IMG/VR virus record: IMGVR_UViG_3300020473_000020
Span: 1-64,000 of that record
Strand: one strand, 5' to 3'
DNA: 64,000 nucleotides
DNA from: a virus
The stretch's first letter is position 1; every line of letters starts with the position of its first letter. Below are positions 27,935 through 37,200 of the stretch, one piece after another. The position numbers and the translations under genes are program-made. The notes beneath the pieces are model-generated. The model worked only from the letters and a program-made list of their open reading frames with translations. It made no database searches and was not told the origin of the DNA.

Positions 27935-29034
27935 ACCTGCTAGCGATACTTAAACGCCGACGCTATAAGCGCCGTGTCGGTCTAAAGTCTATTAAAGACT
28001 CCCTTAGAAATGCGGTATTACAGCTCAGTGTGATGATGTCCATACACTCGATGCTTATTATGCTGATCGAGAAAAAGAGCGTGTTTGAATCAATCTGGTT
28101 CACGATGGTCTCTGTAACGACGGTTGGTTACGGTGGTTTTATACCGCAAACGACGGCGGGTAAAGTGACCACAATGGTACTCGTGTTCTCTGTCGGCATC
28201 TGGCTCGTCGCACACACAGTGAGCTTAATCGTTGAATACGCAACGGAACGAACAAAACAAAAAAGAATAGGTAACTGGAACTGGAAAATGAAAGAAGCAA
28301 TCGTACTGATGGGTGCCCCAAGTCGCGGCGCAGAGGTCTTCCTTAAAAACTTGTTAGAACAAATCCGCGCAACTGAACTACTGGCGCATAAAGATGTCGT
28401 GATAGTCTCAACCAACTTTCCTGATGGCCTACCAGAATCGGTGGCCGACCTTGGCGCTGTCCTTTTGAACTACAACCGTGATGATAAGGCGCTGTATGAA
28501 AAAGACGTCATAAAGAACGCCACAATGTTCTATTTCTTGGCCTCCGATGAAGTAAACAACGTGTCGAACTCAGTTACGTTTAACGCGCTTAGCTTGCTTG
28601 TACACAGTGAGGCTAAGCCTTGGCAAGTCATAGCTGAGACAACCAAAGAGTGTGACCGAGAACGCTTCTTAGGTATGGGCGCTACTGCAATTATACGTCC
28701 TATCCGTGCTTACCCTGAAATGGCCGTACGTGCGATGGTTAACGAACAAAATGCAGCCTTCATCGAAAACATGTTTAGTTCGAAAGGCGATGAGCCACAA
28801 GTCTTTCCCCTTCGCTACGTTGGCACATGGAGCAAGCTGGCTTTGCGTTGCATCGACAATGACCTAGGCAGCCCAGTTGGTTATATCAATGCCGACGACA
28901 AGCTCATAACGAACCCCAAAGGCTCCGATCATATCTATGCAAAGGGTGTTCAGCTGCTCATTAAAGAGGGCGATAAGCGCGCTCTTAAAATCCTTGCGAG
29001 CTGGGCTTACACTGACGAAGACGATGGTTGTTAA
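27931..29034 (+). CDS. Potassium channel (2TM-P plus RCK/TrkA-N-like domain)
   Basis: TTVGYG selectivity filter, flanking TM helices, IIRPIRAYPE. Confidence 0.9.
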   Translation: MNLLAILKRRRYKRRVGLKSIKDSLRNAVLQLSVMMSIHSMLIMLIEKKSVFESIWFTMVSVTTVGYGGFIPQTTAGKVTTMVLVFSVGIWLVAHTVSLIVEYATERTKQKRIGNWNWKMKEAIVLMGAPSRGAEVFLKNLLEQIRATELLAHKDVVIVSTNFPDGLPESVADLGAVLLNYNRDDKALYEKDVIKNATMFYFLASDEVNNVSNSVTFNALSLLVHSEAKPWQVIAETTKECDRERFLGMGATAIIRPIRAYPEMAVRAMVNEQNAAFIENMFSSKGDEPQVFPLRYVGTWSKLALRCIDNDLGSPVGYINADDKLITNPKGSDHIYAKGVQLLIKEGDKRALKILASWAYTDEDDGC

Positions 29035-29043
29035 GGGGACACT

Positions 29044-29262
29044 ATGAAGAACGGTGAATACAAAGCAACGGCTGACTTCTGTGCCATGGGTTACTGCTCA
29101 ATGATAGATATTCCTAAAGGCGCTGATGTTAGCATAACGGATGGTGACCACGACCATACAATGTTTGTTAAGTACGGGAAAGGTGTGATCGAGACTGACC
29201 GTACTGATGTCATAAAGCAGCTAGAGGCCAAACACCATGTTAGTGAAGCATGCGCACAATAG
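29044..29262 (+). CDS. Hypothetical protein
   Basis: ORF with GGGG SD. Confidence 0.5.
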   Translation: MKNGEYKATADFCAMGYCSMIDIPKGADVSITDGDHDHTMFVKYGKGVIETDRTDVIKQLEAKHHVSEACAQ

Positions 29263-29434
29263 ATACACGCACTTTGTGAACCGCGTGGATATGCTGACGC
29301 TCTGTGACCTCGACCACCCGAATCAGGTCGATACGTCCTTGGAGCATCTTGGTGCTGACGCAAAGCTTACGTGCCCGACGTGTGTGGCCATCGTTAAGGC
29401 CATTCGGGAGAGTGACGTGGAACTCGCTGAATAA
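29237..29434 (+). CDS. Small Cys-containing protein
   Basis: TLC..TCPTC; followed by a terminator. Confidence 0.5.
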   Translation: MLVKHAHNRYTHFVNRVDMLTLCDLDHPNQVDTSLEHLGADAKLTCPTCVAIVKAIRESDVELAE

Positions 29435-29435
29435 C

Positions 29436-29462
29436 AAAAAGGGAGCGCGATGCTCCCTTTTT
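29436..29462. terminator. Bidirectional intrinsic terminator
   Basis: AAAAGGGAGC..GCTCCCTTTT. Confidence 0.75.
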
Positions 29463-29480
29463 CATGACAACAAAACCGTA

Positions 29481-30311
29481 TTAACGGTGCGCCTTCATCA
29501 TATCAGTAAAGCGTGTGATCTTCGCTTCGTACTCGTCGTACTTATCTGGCCAATGGCTCAGCGCAAAGATTTCCGCAAAACATTCCGAACCGCCCATACC
29601 ATCAGTATGTGAATACTTTGTCGTATAGAACTGGCGCTCGTAGAAGTCACGAGGTAAGCCAAACTGGTGCTCATAGCGATGACCTAGCTCATGCAGCACA
29701 ATGTAAAGAAGATGGCCGTAGAGTTCTGTATCAGCTCTCGAACCCGACTTAATCCAAATTACGTCATCAAGTGACTTATACTGTGCCTTTGAACGAATGT
29801 CTTTCGCAGACTTAAAGTGTATCTCAAGCGGTTTCTCAAGCGTTTTTGCATGGAAGCCTTTAAGCTCGTCTAAGAAGTTAGCGACTTGCTTAACCGTCTT
29901 CTTGAACGTTGCTTCACCCATACCTGATCGGTTTTTAAAGGTGATGTTCTTGTGCTTGATTTCTTCAACGCGTGCCTTAGTCTTCTTCGCAAAGAACACA
30001 TCGGCGATACGATCCATTTCGCCTTCTTCTGCCCACCACCCGAGCATATTGGCTATGTTATCGGATTTAAGCCCGTACTCTCTGTACGAGTCAACCTGAC
30101 GATGCAAAAACTTGATGTTATCAAACAGCTTTTTTCCTCCCGACGGTGCGCGACCACCCTTCGGGAAATAAGCAATCCACTGTAGGAACTTCTCAAACTT
30201 ACTGTCATCATACGGTTGCAGCTCGCGGCCTAGTTTCTTAATGGCTTCTAGGTCGACACCCGCCTCGTACAGCGCGTTGTAAGTATCTAGGATATTCTGT
30301 GCGCGACTCAT
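29481..30311 (-). CDS. Zincin-like metallopeptidase (MPTase/anthrax-LF-like), candidate virion protein
   Basis: HELGH zinc motif, downstream T.YS and ECFAE; N-terminal SRAQNIL..LYEA. Confidence 0.7.
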   Translation of the reverse strand: MSRAQNILDTYNALYEAGVDLEAIKKLGRELQPYDDSKFEKFLQWIAYFPKGGRAPSGGKKLFDNIKFLHRQVDSYREYGLKSDNIANMLGWWAEEGEMDRIADVFFAKKTKARVEEIKHKNITFKNRSGMGEATFKKTVKQVANFLDELKGFHAKTLEKPLEIHFKSAKDIRSKAQYKSLDDVIWIKSGSRADTELYGHLLYIVLHELGHRYEHQFGLPRDFYERQFYTTKYSHTDGMGGSECFAEIFALSHWPDKYDEYEAKITRFTDMMKAHR

Positions 30312-30604
30312 TAGGCTGCCTGCACTGTGTCTAGATCAGGTTGCTGGTCTACCTTCAAGTAGATGCCTTTACGTGCGTTCTTAGTTAGCAGCACGCCTAA
30401 TGCGTTATAAAATGCAGACACGGTGCCTTCTAGCTCTTTCGCCTTCTTGTACACAAAGGCGATGATTGCCTTGGTAAGCTCTTCACTTGAGCTAGGGTTA
30501 GACTTCTTCACCACATTGGCCTTAGCGTCTAGAAGTAGGTCAAGGATTGTTTGCTGGCGGATGCCAGCCTTTTCGAGAATTAACTCTGCGCGGGATTTGC
30601 TCAT
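30311..30604 (-). CDS. Hypothetical protein, candidate internal head protein
   Basis: N-terminal SRAELILE. Confidence 0.55.
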   Translation of the reverse strand: MSKSRAELILEKAGIRQQTILDLLLDAKANVVKKSNPSSSEELTKAIIAFVYKKAKELEGTVSAFYNALGVLLTKNARKGIYLKVDQQPDLDTVQAA

Positions 30605-30904
30605 ATCAGTGTCTCAATTAGTTCAATTAACGAACTTCATTGTACAACGAATATGAGCCTAATTTAAAGTGTACCGAATAACCGACTATTAACCTCTGTC
30701 TGCTAAACCTCGGGCTGGCCAGTGAACTTAAACTGGTCACCGCACTTATCACACATGTACGAGCGGTGGCCTAAGCTATCTTCCAAGCGTGATTGCGGCT
30801 TAATGCTCAGCACGCCTCGGCACTCTTCATTTCCTGCGCCCGTTTTCTTGCGGCAAATAGTATCAGTTTCTTTCTTCATCACAGTTACTCCATTGTTTGT
30901 ATGT

Positions 30905-31093
30905 TTAGGTGTCTATGCCAAGCGTGCTACGCGTCTCAATTTTTAGCTCGTCATGGCACTGACTAATTTTTTCTAACAGTTGCTGGTCAGCCTCGCACTC
31001 AACGTCAATCGAGTTGCCGATGGCACGCAATGATAAAAGTGTCTTCTTAATTGCGGCCGTTAGTTGGTCAACTTGTTCTTTAGCGTCTGCCAT
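30905..31093 (-). CDS. Hypothetical protein
   Basis: Coupled ORF. Confidence 0.5.
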   Translation of the reverse strand: MADAKEQVDQLTAAIKKTLLSLRAIGNSIDVECEADQQLLEKISQCHDELKIETRSTLGIDT

Positions 31094-31446
31094 CAGTCCG
31101 CCTCTGGTTCATACTTGGTTAGTTCTGTGAGGTCGAAGACGGTTACATCTGCGGGCACGTTGCCGCCTGACCACTCAATATCATTCTCTTGGCCAAGCTC
31201 ATAATAGACTGAGCCTACCTCTAACTTAGCGTGGTTAGCCTCGACAAGTGCCATAGCCGACGCTACAGCGTTCTCACGACTGGCAAACCCCGTAGTGTGG
31301 TGGCCTTTTGATTTCCAACGAAGGCCATCCCCTAACTGGCCTGATGGCGGCGGGCACTCCCAATAGAAGGTCGGGTGGTACTTATTTGTCATCGCGTTTT
31401 TAAGCATTAGAATGACAGGGTTAGCCGCCACGGTAGGTACGATCAT
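31093..31446 (-). CDS. Hypothetical protein
   Basis: ORF (RWKSKGHHTTGF). Confidence 0.55.
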   Translation of the reverse strand: MIVPTVAANPVILMLKNAMTNKYHPTFYWECPPPSGQLGDGLRWKSKGHHTTGFASRENAVASAMALVEANHAKLEVGSVYYELGQENDIEWSGGNVPADVTVFDLTELTKYEPEAD

Positions 31447-31449
31447 GTC

Positions 31450-31998
31450 TCAAACTCCTTGCGGTTGTGCCACAGCGGCAGGGACTTCCCAGCCTAGGGC
31501 TTTTGCTTTATCAGCAATGTAAATTTTGCGTTTAGGGTCGGCACAGCCGCCTACACGCTGTTCTGTTAAAGTGCCTTCGTTCTGGCCAACAAATACGGGC
31601 ATGCCCGTCTTGAGGTCGAGCACATAAGCATTTAGGTTGTAATCCATTGTGCCCAACAACGTCGCACGGTCTTTGAACTCGGCCTTATAGATAATCAAAT
31701 CAAAGTGCAGGTCGGTATTCTTAATGCGAAATCTAAACGCCCTGTAGATACGCAAGTCATGCTTAACCTCGTGCTCTAAAACGAAGTCAAAGCGTGCCTG
31801 TGCATGCGCAATAAGGTGCTCAGTTAACTCAATGTTGTCTGCATCCAAGCCATAAACGCATAAGTCCATGTCTTTCGGCGTACAACCATGCGCGAGGTCA
31901 CGTGGGTAACCTCCCGCAATAACAAACTTGAACTGGCACTTTTGAAGCTGGCCAAGTAGGGCAGAGACCTCGGGTAAGGTATGATGCAACACGCGCAC
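31450..31998 (-). CDS. tRNA nucleotidyltransferase/poly(A) polymerase head-domain protein
   Basis: VIAGGYPRD..G..PKDMD and later D..LN motifs. Confidence 0.75.
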   Translation of the reverse strand: MRVLHHTLPEVSALLGQLQKCQFKFVIAGGYPRDLAHGCTPKDMDLCVYGLDADNIELTEHLIAHAQARFDFVLEHEVKHDLRIYRAFRFRIKNTDLHFDLIIYKAEFKDRATLLGTMDYNLNAYVLDLKTGMPVFVGQNEGTLTEQRVGGCADPKRKIYIADKAKALGWEVPAAVAQPQGV

Positions 31999-32448
31999 TT
32001 AGTTACCGCCCTTAACTTTTGTATGGTTTACGCCCACAGGTGTGCTCGTTAGGCCAAGCCCATAGTTATCGTGCGTCACTGTACCATCGTCAGTAGCCTC
32101 AGCTGCGACATTTAAACCAACAACATCGGTCATCAGCTTAGCAACGTCTTTGCAGGTTTCTGGGCTATCACACTCAATGATGATTGTGTTCTTTAGGCTA
32201 GCCACATCGTTCTTTGTGACTGCGCGTGAAACAGACCATGCAATCACGTCAAGGATTGTCACGTAGTGTGAGTCAGTTTCGCGGCTGCCCAAACAGCGCT
32301 CAATAACTTCGAAATCCATTGGGCTTCGTGCGTCCTCATCTGATTCTTGACGAACGTCGATTACCTTAAAGTCTGGGAAAGTATTTGTGCCTGTCTCACG
32401 CAAGTACATGGCAAGCAGCTCTTCGTTATAGATTGGCTTAATGCTCAT
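31999..32448 (-). CDS. Hypothetical protein
   Basis: ORF in operon. Confidence 0.5.
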   Translation of the reverse strand: MSIKPIYNEELLAMYLRETGTNTFPDFKVIDVRQESDEDARSPMDFEVIERCLGSRETDSHYVTILDVIAWSVSRAVTKNDVASLKNTIIIECDSPETCKDVAKLMTDVVGLNVAAEATDDGTVTHDNYGLGLTSTPVGVNHTKVKGGN

Positions 32449-32719
32449 TATCGGCCTCTGATTTAATTATTGTTTGCGGTTCCATTGAGTTTAGTAGGTA
32501 TTCGATATTCGCACTTTTAAGCAGCGATAAAGCATCTAGGTGCTGTCGTCCAAGGTGGTCGCTGTCGGCCGCATGGACACGACAAGCTACCGTTAATGTC
32601 ATCTTCTTCTCTTCGAAAGATAATGCTGTTAACGTCTCGTCGTTAAAGTAACGCTGAATTAGTTCGGCGGCCTTCTTCAAGCTGTCGTCTAATGCACTGT
32701 AGCTTATTTTATTATCCAT
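32438..32719 (-). CDS. Hypothetical protein
   Basis: ORF downstream of a TTGCGT..TATAGT promoter. Confidence 0.5.
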   Translation of the reverse strand: MDNKISYSALDDSLKKAAELIQRYFNDETLTALSFEEKKMTLTVACRVHAADSDHLGRQHLDALSLLKSANIEYLLNSMEPQTIIKSEADNEH

Positions 32720-32866
32720 ACCATCTAGCTCGGGGTTCCAATTAGGCTTAACTATACACCTAAAACGCTGCGACGCAAGGGTTTTAGTTAATTTTATTGT
32801 ACAATGATTTGGGTCTGCACCATTGGGTTCCCATCACAAAAAAGCAGCCCGTAGGCTGCTTTCATA

Positions 32867-33310
32867 TTAGCGGTCGTAAACAAAGCCATCCGTCGGCTCA
32901 AACAGGTAGATGTACTCAAGCTCGCCCGTCTCGACAGGGTTTATGCCCAGCCATTTCTTACTTGGGTCAGGGTCGTGCACAATGACACCACTGCGATCGA
33001 TAATAACCGCATGAGTGACGCCCTCAAAGTTCTTGCTAGGAACCACAGCGTAGAAGTGCCCCTTTACTGCAAAAAGGCTCTGTAGCGCCTCGTAGGTTAG
33101 TTCCTTTTCATCATGAGCGTTGATGACGCCCCCGTACTGGTACTTAGTGTTCGACTCAACCCAATCCATAAAGGGGATATGCCAGCCCGTCTCTTGGAAG
33201 TCTATTGGATTTATTGTCGAATCAAGGTCAGTCTCAAACAGGCTCGCAAGCACAGCCTGCATACAGGTTCCCTTTCCCTTATCTACGATGGTCTGGTTAA
33301 CAGGTATCAT
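32867..33310 (-). CDS. Papain/C39-like fold protein (putative)
   Basis: Q..G.C..A.LASL and HAVI..IVHDP (Cys-His-Asp arrangement). Confidence 0.55.
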   Translation of the reverse strand: MIPVNQTIVDKGKGTCMQAVLASLFETDLDSTINPIDFQETGWHIPFMDWVESNTKYQYGGVINAHDEKELTYEALQSLFAVKGHFYAVVPSKNFEGVTHAVIIDRSGVIVHDPDPSKKWLGINPVETGELEYIYLFEPTDGFVYDR

Positions 33311-33313
33311 GGC

Positions 33314-34267
33314 TTACCCCAACTCGGCGACAATAAGCTGGCCAAAGCGCTCTACCTTCGGGAACACGGCCTGTATCTCTTTCATGTAGCCATCAGTAGG
33401 GCGGTTTAGCTGATACTGGTCATCACCTGTAACCTTACCAACCGACGTTTTATCGCCCTCATGAACAGTGATGAACACCTTGCCGTCTTTGGCCAAGTTC
33501 TTCTTCGCATAGTCGAGCAGGTACTTACGGTTACCCAACTCCTTAATAACGTTCAGCACGTTGCTAATAGTGATTGTATTAACACGTTGCTGTGCAAGGC
33601 TCTGCCTTACTTTTTTATTGTGGTCGTCGCTGCGGTTGTATGGGTCTAAGATTAGGTTCGTTACACCGTGGTTCGACTTTAGTGCCTGTGTCAGTGTATC
33701 AAAGCGCCCGCCGCCTAAGTCTAGATTGCGCGTACCACGTTGCCAGCCGTACTTATTGGCCACAAGTGTGTAAACCTTTGGCGTATTCGCTGAGTTTATC
33801 GACGTGGCCGCTGACGTGTATTTCTGTGCCTCTTCCAACTCAGCTGCTTTTAGTTTCGAACGAAGGTCATTAATCGTTAGTTCGCGGAGTGAGCTGCGCG
33901 GCACTTTTAGAAGTCTTGCTAGCTTAGCAACAAGCTTATTGTACTCTGCAAGGTCTTGGGTTGCTGTCATCCCTCGGTCACCAAATCGGGCTTTCTGCTT
34001 GATGCTATCTACCTTTGCCGCAAGCTTTCGCTGCATGTCGATTTCGTCGGCGCTAAGGAACCCTTGATTGGCTCCCATCAATACAAAATGTGGATTTTTA
34101 TCTTGGAACTTTTCTATGCGGCGTTTTTCGATCTGTCTTAGTCGGTCTAGTATGCGCTCCATACGTTCAAGGTCGGCCTTACCAAGCTTACTTACATCAA
34201 TCTTACGTGAGAGTTCACATAGCGGTAGGTCTGCTGTACTTTCAAGCAGGTCTCGAATAATAGTCAT
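33314..34267 (-). CDS. SAM-dependent methyltransferase with N-terminal helical domain, candidate virion protein
   Basis: NLDLGGGRFD, LDPYN, ISNVLNVI, ITVHEG, YQLN motifs; N-terminal RDLLES. Confidence 0.75.
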   Translation of the reverse strand: MTIIRDLLESTADLPLCELSRKIDVSKLGKADLERMERILDRLRQIEKRRIEKFQDKNPHFVLMGANQGFLSADEIDMQRKLAAKVDSIKQKARFGDRGMTATQDLAEYNKLVAKLARLLKVPRSSLRELTINDLRSKLKAAELEEAQKYTSAATSINSANTPKVYTLVANKYGWQRGTRNLDLGGGRFDTLTQALKSNHGVTNLILDPYNRSDDHNKKVRQSLAQQRVNTITISNVLNVIKELGNRKYLLDYAKKNLAKDGKVFITVHEGDKTSVGKVTGDDQYQLNRPTDGYMKEIQAVFPKVERFGQLIVAELG

Positions 34268-34417
34268 ATCATGGTCTCAAAAAGTCTCGTTAGGTTACAA
34301 TTGTACAATGTTTCATTGGTGCGTTAAAAGTCACCGTGATATGATGCTTTTGTTGCGGCTAGTACCCGTAGCTTTAATAGACACATAGATATTTAGTTAG
34401 ATAGAAGGTAGTACCTT

Positions 34418-34744
34418 ATGAACCAAGTTAATTTCACATTGAAAACGCGCCGATCTTTACCTGATGGCGTCTCTGAACGAAAAGTCTACGCATGCCGTAG
34501 CTTCGAAATATCTCACGACCTTAACGATAACATTACGCTGGTGGCTCGTGGCCTGTCTGGTACTAATGAAAACGCCGTTATGCGTTTAAGAAGTCATGAC
34601 CACCCAAGTAAAGAAAACTACGAAGAGCTGATCCTTGAGAATATGGCGGGGAAGACCACTGAACGCTTCGTCGCATCACCTTCAATCGACGTAGACCTGC
34701 GTAACAGCCAGAAAGATGCAGACAGGTTACAGCTTAATAGCTAG
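34418..34744 (+). CDS. Hypothetical protein
   Basis: ORF (ENMAGKT motif) followed by a terminator. Confidence 0.55.
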   Translation: MNQVNFTLKTRRSLPDGVSERKVYACRSFEISHDLNDNITLVARGLSGTNENAVMRLRSHDHPSKENYEELILENMAGKTTERFVASPSIDVDLRNSQKDADRLQLNS

Positions 34745-34751
34745 GCTTGAG

Positions 34752-34776
34752 AAAAGGCGTCTTCTGACGCCTTTTT
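34752..34776. terminator. Bidirectional intrinsic terminator
   Basis: AAAAGGCGTC-TTCT-GACGCCTTTTT. Confidence 0.8.
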
Positions 34777-34777
34777 A

Positions 34778-35233
34778 TTAGACTTCAATGTCTCGAACTT
34801 CCATAATTTTTGCGGGGTATATGAAGTGCTCAACCTCCCAAACAAGGTAGTCAGCAAACGACGGTTTAGGTGCTAAGAAATAACTAATCGTTTCTTGCAG
34901 GTCGCTTTGCCATCTTAGCAATTCTTTTTCTTTGCCAAATAGCCTGCCTTCGACTTGCTTCTCTGCTAAAATGCGTGCGATGCGGTTCGGTGCATGAATG
35001 AAGTATTTACTCTTGAAGCACGTGTCACTAAAGTAACGCAGGTCATGTCGGTCTCTTACCTGTTTTAACAGGGGCACTATGACCGCGTAGTAATAGTTCG
35101 CGTAGTGCTCAGACGGATCCCAATCATTCTTAATTCTTCCTTGGTACAACAACTCGAAGTCGAGCACGTTGCCCGACATGAACTTAACTATTGTTGGATT
35201 CACTCGGGTTGTCATAATAGCTTCACCTCGCAC
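34778..35233 (-). CDS. Hypothetical protein
   Basis: ORF. Confidence 0.5.
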   Translation of the reverse strand: MRGEAIMTTRVNPTIVKFMSGNVLDFELLYQGRIKNDWDPSEHYANYYYAVIVPLLKQVRDRHDLRYFSDTCFKSKYFIHAPNRIARILAEKQVEGRLFGKEKELLRWQSDLQETISYFLAPKPSFADYLVWEVEHFIYPAKIMEVRDIEV

Positions 35234-35514
35234 TCGTAGTATTCGTCGATAGTCTCACCGACTATATTAAAGCCTTTGCCAGCCCAAAACTTCTTACCAA
35301 CCTTGTTAAACTTAAACACCTCTAGCACAACTAATGGTATCTGCTGCTCTTTGACAATACCTAGAAACTGCTCATATAGCCTCGTACCTACACCTTTCCT
35401 GCGATGACTTGAATTAACAATCAGGTTTTGTACGCGCGCAACGTTGCATTGTTTATCATAGTAACCCCTTAGATAGCTACCGTTCTCCCTCAGCACAATT
35501 TCATGTCGTTTCAT
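35212..35514 (-). CDS. GNAT acetyltransferase
   Basis: LIV..HRRKGVGTRL acetyl-CoA motif, N..GKKFW..KGF. Confidence 0.85.
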   Translation of the reverse strand: MKRHEIVLRENGSYLRGYYDKQCNVARVQNLIVNSSHRRKGVGTRLYEQFLGIVKEQQIPLVVLEVFKFNKVGKKFWAGKGFNIVGETIDEYYECEVKLL

Positions 35515-35900
35515 AGATTACGGCCTCTTACGCTGGCAGTGCGTAAGTACATTCTAAATGGGTCGGTCTTTACTTTCCGCGTTCTTATATTCTTTGATTT
35601 CTCATGTGCTTCGGCCAGCACAGCTTCGATGTCGGGTGTCTTGCTCACAAAGTGTTGAGCAATCGTTTTACGCCGTACTAGTGTATTCGAATGATGTTTT
35701 GCGAGGTCAGTTCCGTAGCGCGCCTTGGCTGCGACACTTTGCTCGTATAGAGTTCGAAGTTCATCGGTTACTACGTTGTTACCTTCTTGAAGAGTGAGAA
35801 GCATACGCGTACAGCGCGTGATCTTGGCTATTTGATTTTTATTAAAACCAAACGTGGCCTTTATGTGGTATATGGCACGTCGTGCACTTATTTCTGACAT
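35511..35900 (-). CDS. HTH-containing protein (antitoxin-like)
   Basis: IKATFGFNKNQIAKI..TR HTH, coupled to the GNAT gene. Confidence 0.5.
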   Translation of the reverse strand: MSEISARRAIYHIKATFGFNKNQIAKITRCTRMLLTLQEGNNVVTDELRTLYEQSVAAKARYGTDLAKHHSNTLVRRKTIAQHFVSKTPDIEAVLAEAHEKSKNIRTRKVKTDPFRMYLRTASVRGRNL

Positions 35901-35961
35901 GGTTGTTCACTTTATCTTAGTATCAATTGTGCGAGCCAGTATACCCGCTTAGTTTGCAGTG

Positions 35962-36414
35962 CTACAAGGCGTGACGGCCTTCCGCCATAGCAGTCCTAAA
36001 CTGCTTTTTAAGCCAAAGTGTAAAGGCCGTATCATCACCCCGACGATTGTACGTAGCATTAAGAAAGCTGCGCATCGCCTTTGGGTCGATTGGTGCATTA
36101 AACTGCTCGACTAGGTCAGCTCCTTCTAACTCGTCGCTTTTTACGACTTCAATAGTTAGGGTCATCCCAACGGCGCTAAAGCACCAGCGTACTATGTTCG
36201 GGATTGATTTGAACCAGTTTTGCTGTAGGTTACATTCGTACTGACCACTGTACTTTAGGCAGCTATATATCTTAGGTATAGCGGGTCGATAAGTCCCAAA
36301 CAGATCGAGTAAGTCCTCAGTAACCTCGTATGAGGGCATGGCCTCCTGTCGCGTAATCTTAACTTTCACGTATTCGTCAGCCCATATACCGTAGGGTTGT
36401 TTAAGAGCCAGCAT
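35962..36414 (-). CDS. Hypothetical protein
   Basis: ORF. Confidence 0.5.
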   Translation of the reverse strand: MLALKQPYGIWADEYVKVKITRQEAMPSYEVTEDLLDLFGTYRPAIPKIYSCLKYSGQYECNLQQNWFKSIPNIVRWCFSAVGMTLTIEVVKSDELEGADLVEQFNAPIDPKAMRSFLNATYNRRGDDTAFTLWLKKQFRTAMAEGRHAL

Positions 36415-36667
36415 TGATTCGCGCCTTCTGGTCGTGAGCAGCCTTTATAAGCTTTAGAACTGGGTAACCTGCTACAACGAACAGAATGAAGCCAAGAAGT
36501 AAGGTTACGGTGTACCATGGGTTATTGTTTTGGTACCACTGCAAGACGGCCACAGTCCCCAAGCTCATAAAACCTATAATGCCTAGCGGGAACACTAGTA
36601 GGAATATGTTTTCTGGGTTATCGCGCCAGTTAAAAAGCTTTCTTATCAGACTCATGTTATCGACCAC
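36401..36667 (-). CDS. Small two-TM membrane protein
   Basis: Two hydrophobic helices. Confidence 0.55.
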   Translation of the reverse strand: MVDNMSLIRKLFNWRDNPENIFLLVFPLGIIGFMSLGTVAVLQWYQNNNPWYTVTLLLGFILFVVAGYPVLKLIKAAHDQKARINAGS

Positions 36668-36757
36668 CCATAGTTAAAAGTTGCCCAATCGAGTAGGTTG
36701 CATCTAGTATCATTGAAATTACCTTGTATAGGTTATCAGTGTCTCGTTACATACCAG

Positions 36758-36786
36758 ATTGTACAAGCTACACAGCTGCGCCGCAA
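36758..36786 (-). promoter_or_regulatory. Sigma70-type phage promoter
   Basis: TTGCGG-CGCAG..17 bp-TACAAT; the -10 overlaps TTGTACAA. Confidence 0.55.
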
Positions 36787-36806
36787 CGGTTTACGTAAAA
36801 TAGTTC

Positions 36807-37160
36807 TTGCATTGTAATGACAGTCCCTCTAACATGTTGTACAACGTTTTGACCGATAGACATGGAATAACTATGACCCCAAAGACTTTTTTGGCGTTAA
36901 AGAATAACCCAAAGGTTGATGACCTTAGCTATGAACCTGATAACAGCTCGAAAGAGATTAACCCTGAGACAGGGCACGAGTTCGAAGTAGGATCAATTTA
37001 CTGGGTGTATCTAGCTACGGGCTGGTACCACGATGACGAAGGCAAGCACCTTGTCACAGGTTCAAACTTAGCTGATATTCATGAACAAATGCGTGAGATC
37101 CAGCCTTGTGAGTGTGACCAGTGCCTTAGTCAAAAAGAGCAAAATAAAGACACCCCATGA
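36807..37160 (+). CDS. Hypothetical protein with CxCxxC
   Basis: ORF; real start probably MTPK. Confidence 0.5.
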   Translation: MHCNDSPSNMLYNVLTDRHGITMTPKTFLALKNNPKVDDLSYEPDNSSKEINPETGHEFEVGSIYWVYLATGWYHDDEGKHLVTGSNLADIHEQMREIQPCECDQCLSQKEQNKDTP

Positions 37161-37200
37161 GGGGCGTGAATCTAACCGATAAGAGAGCGTTGTACTACTG

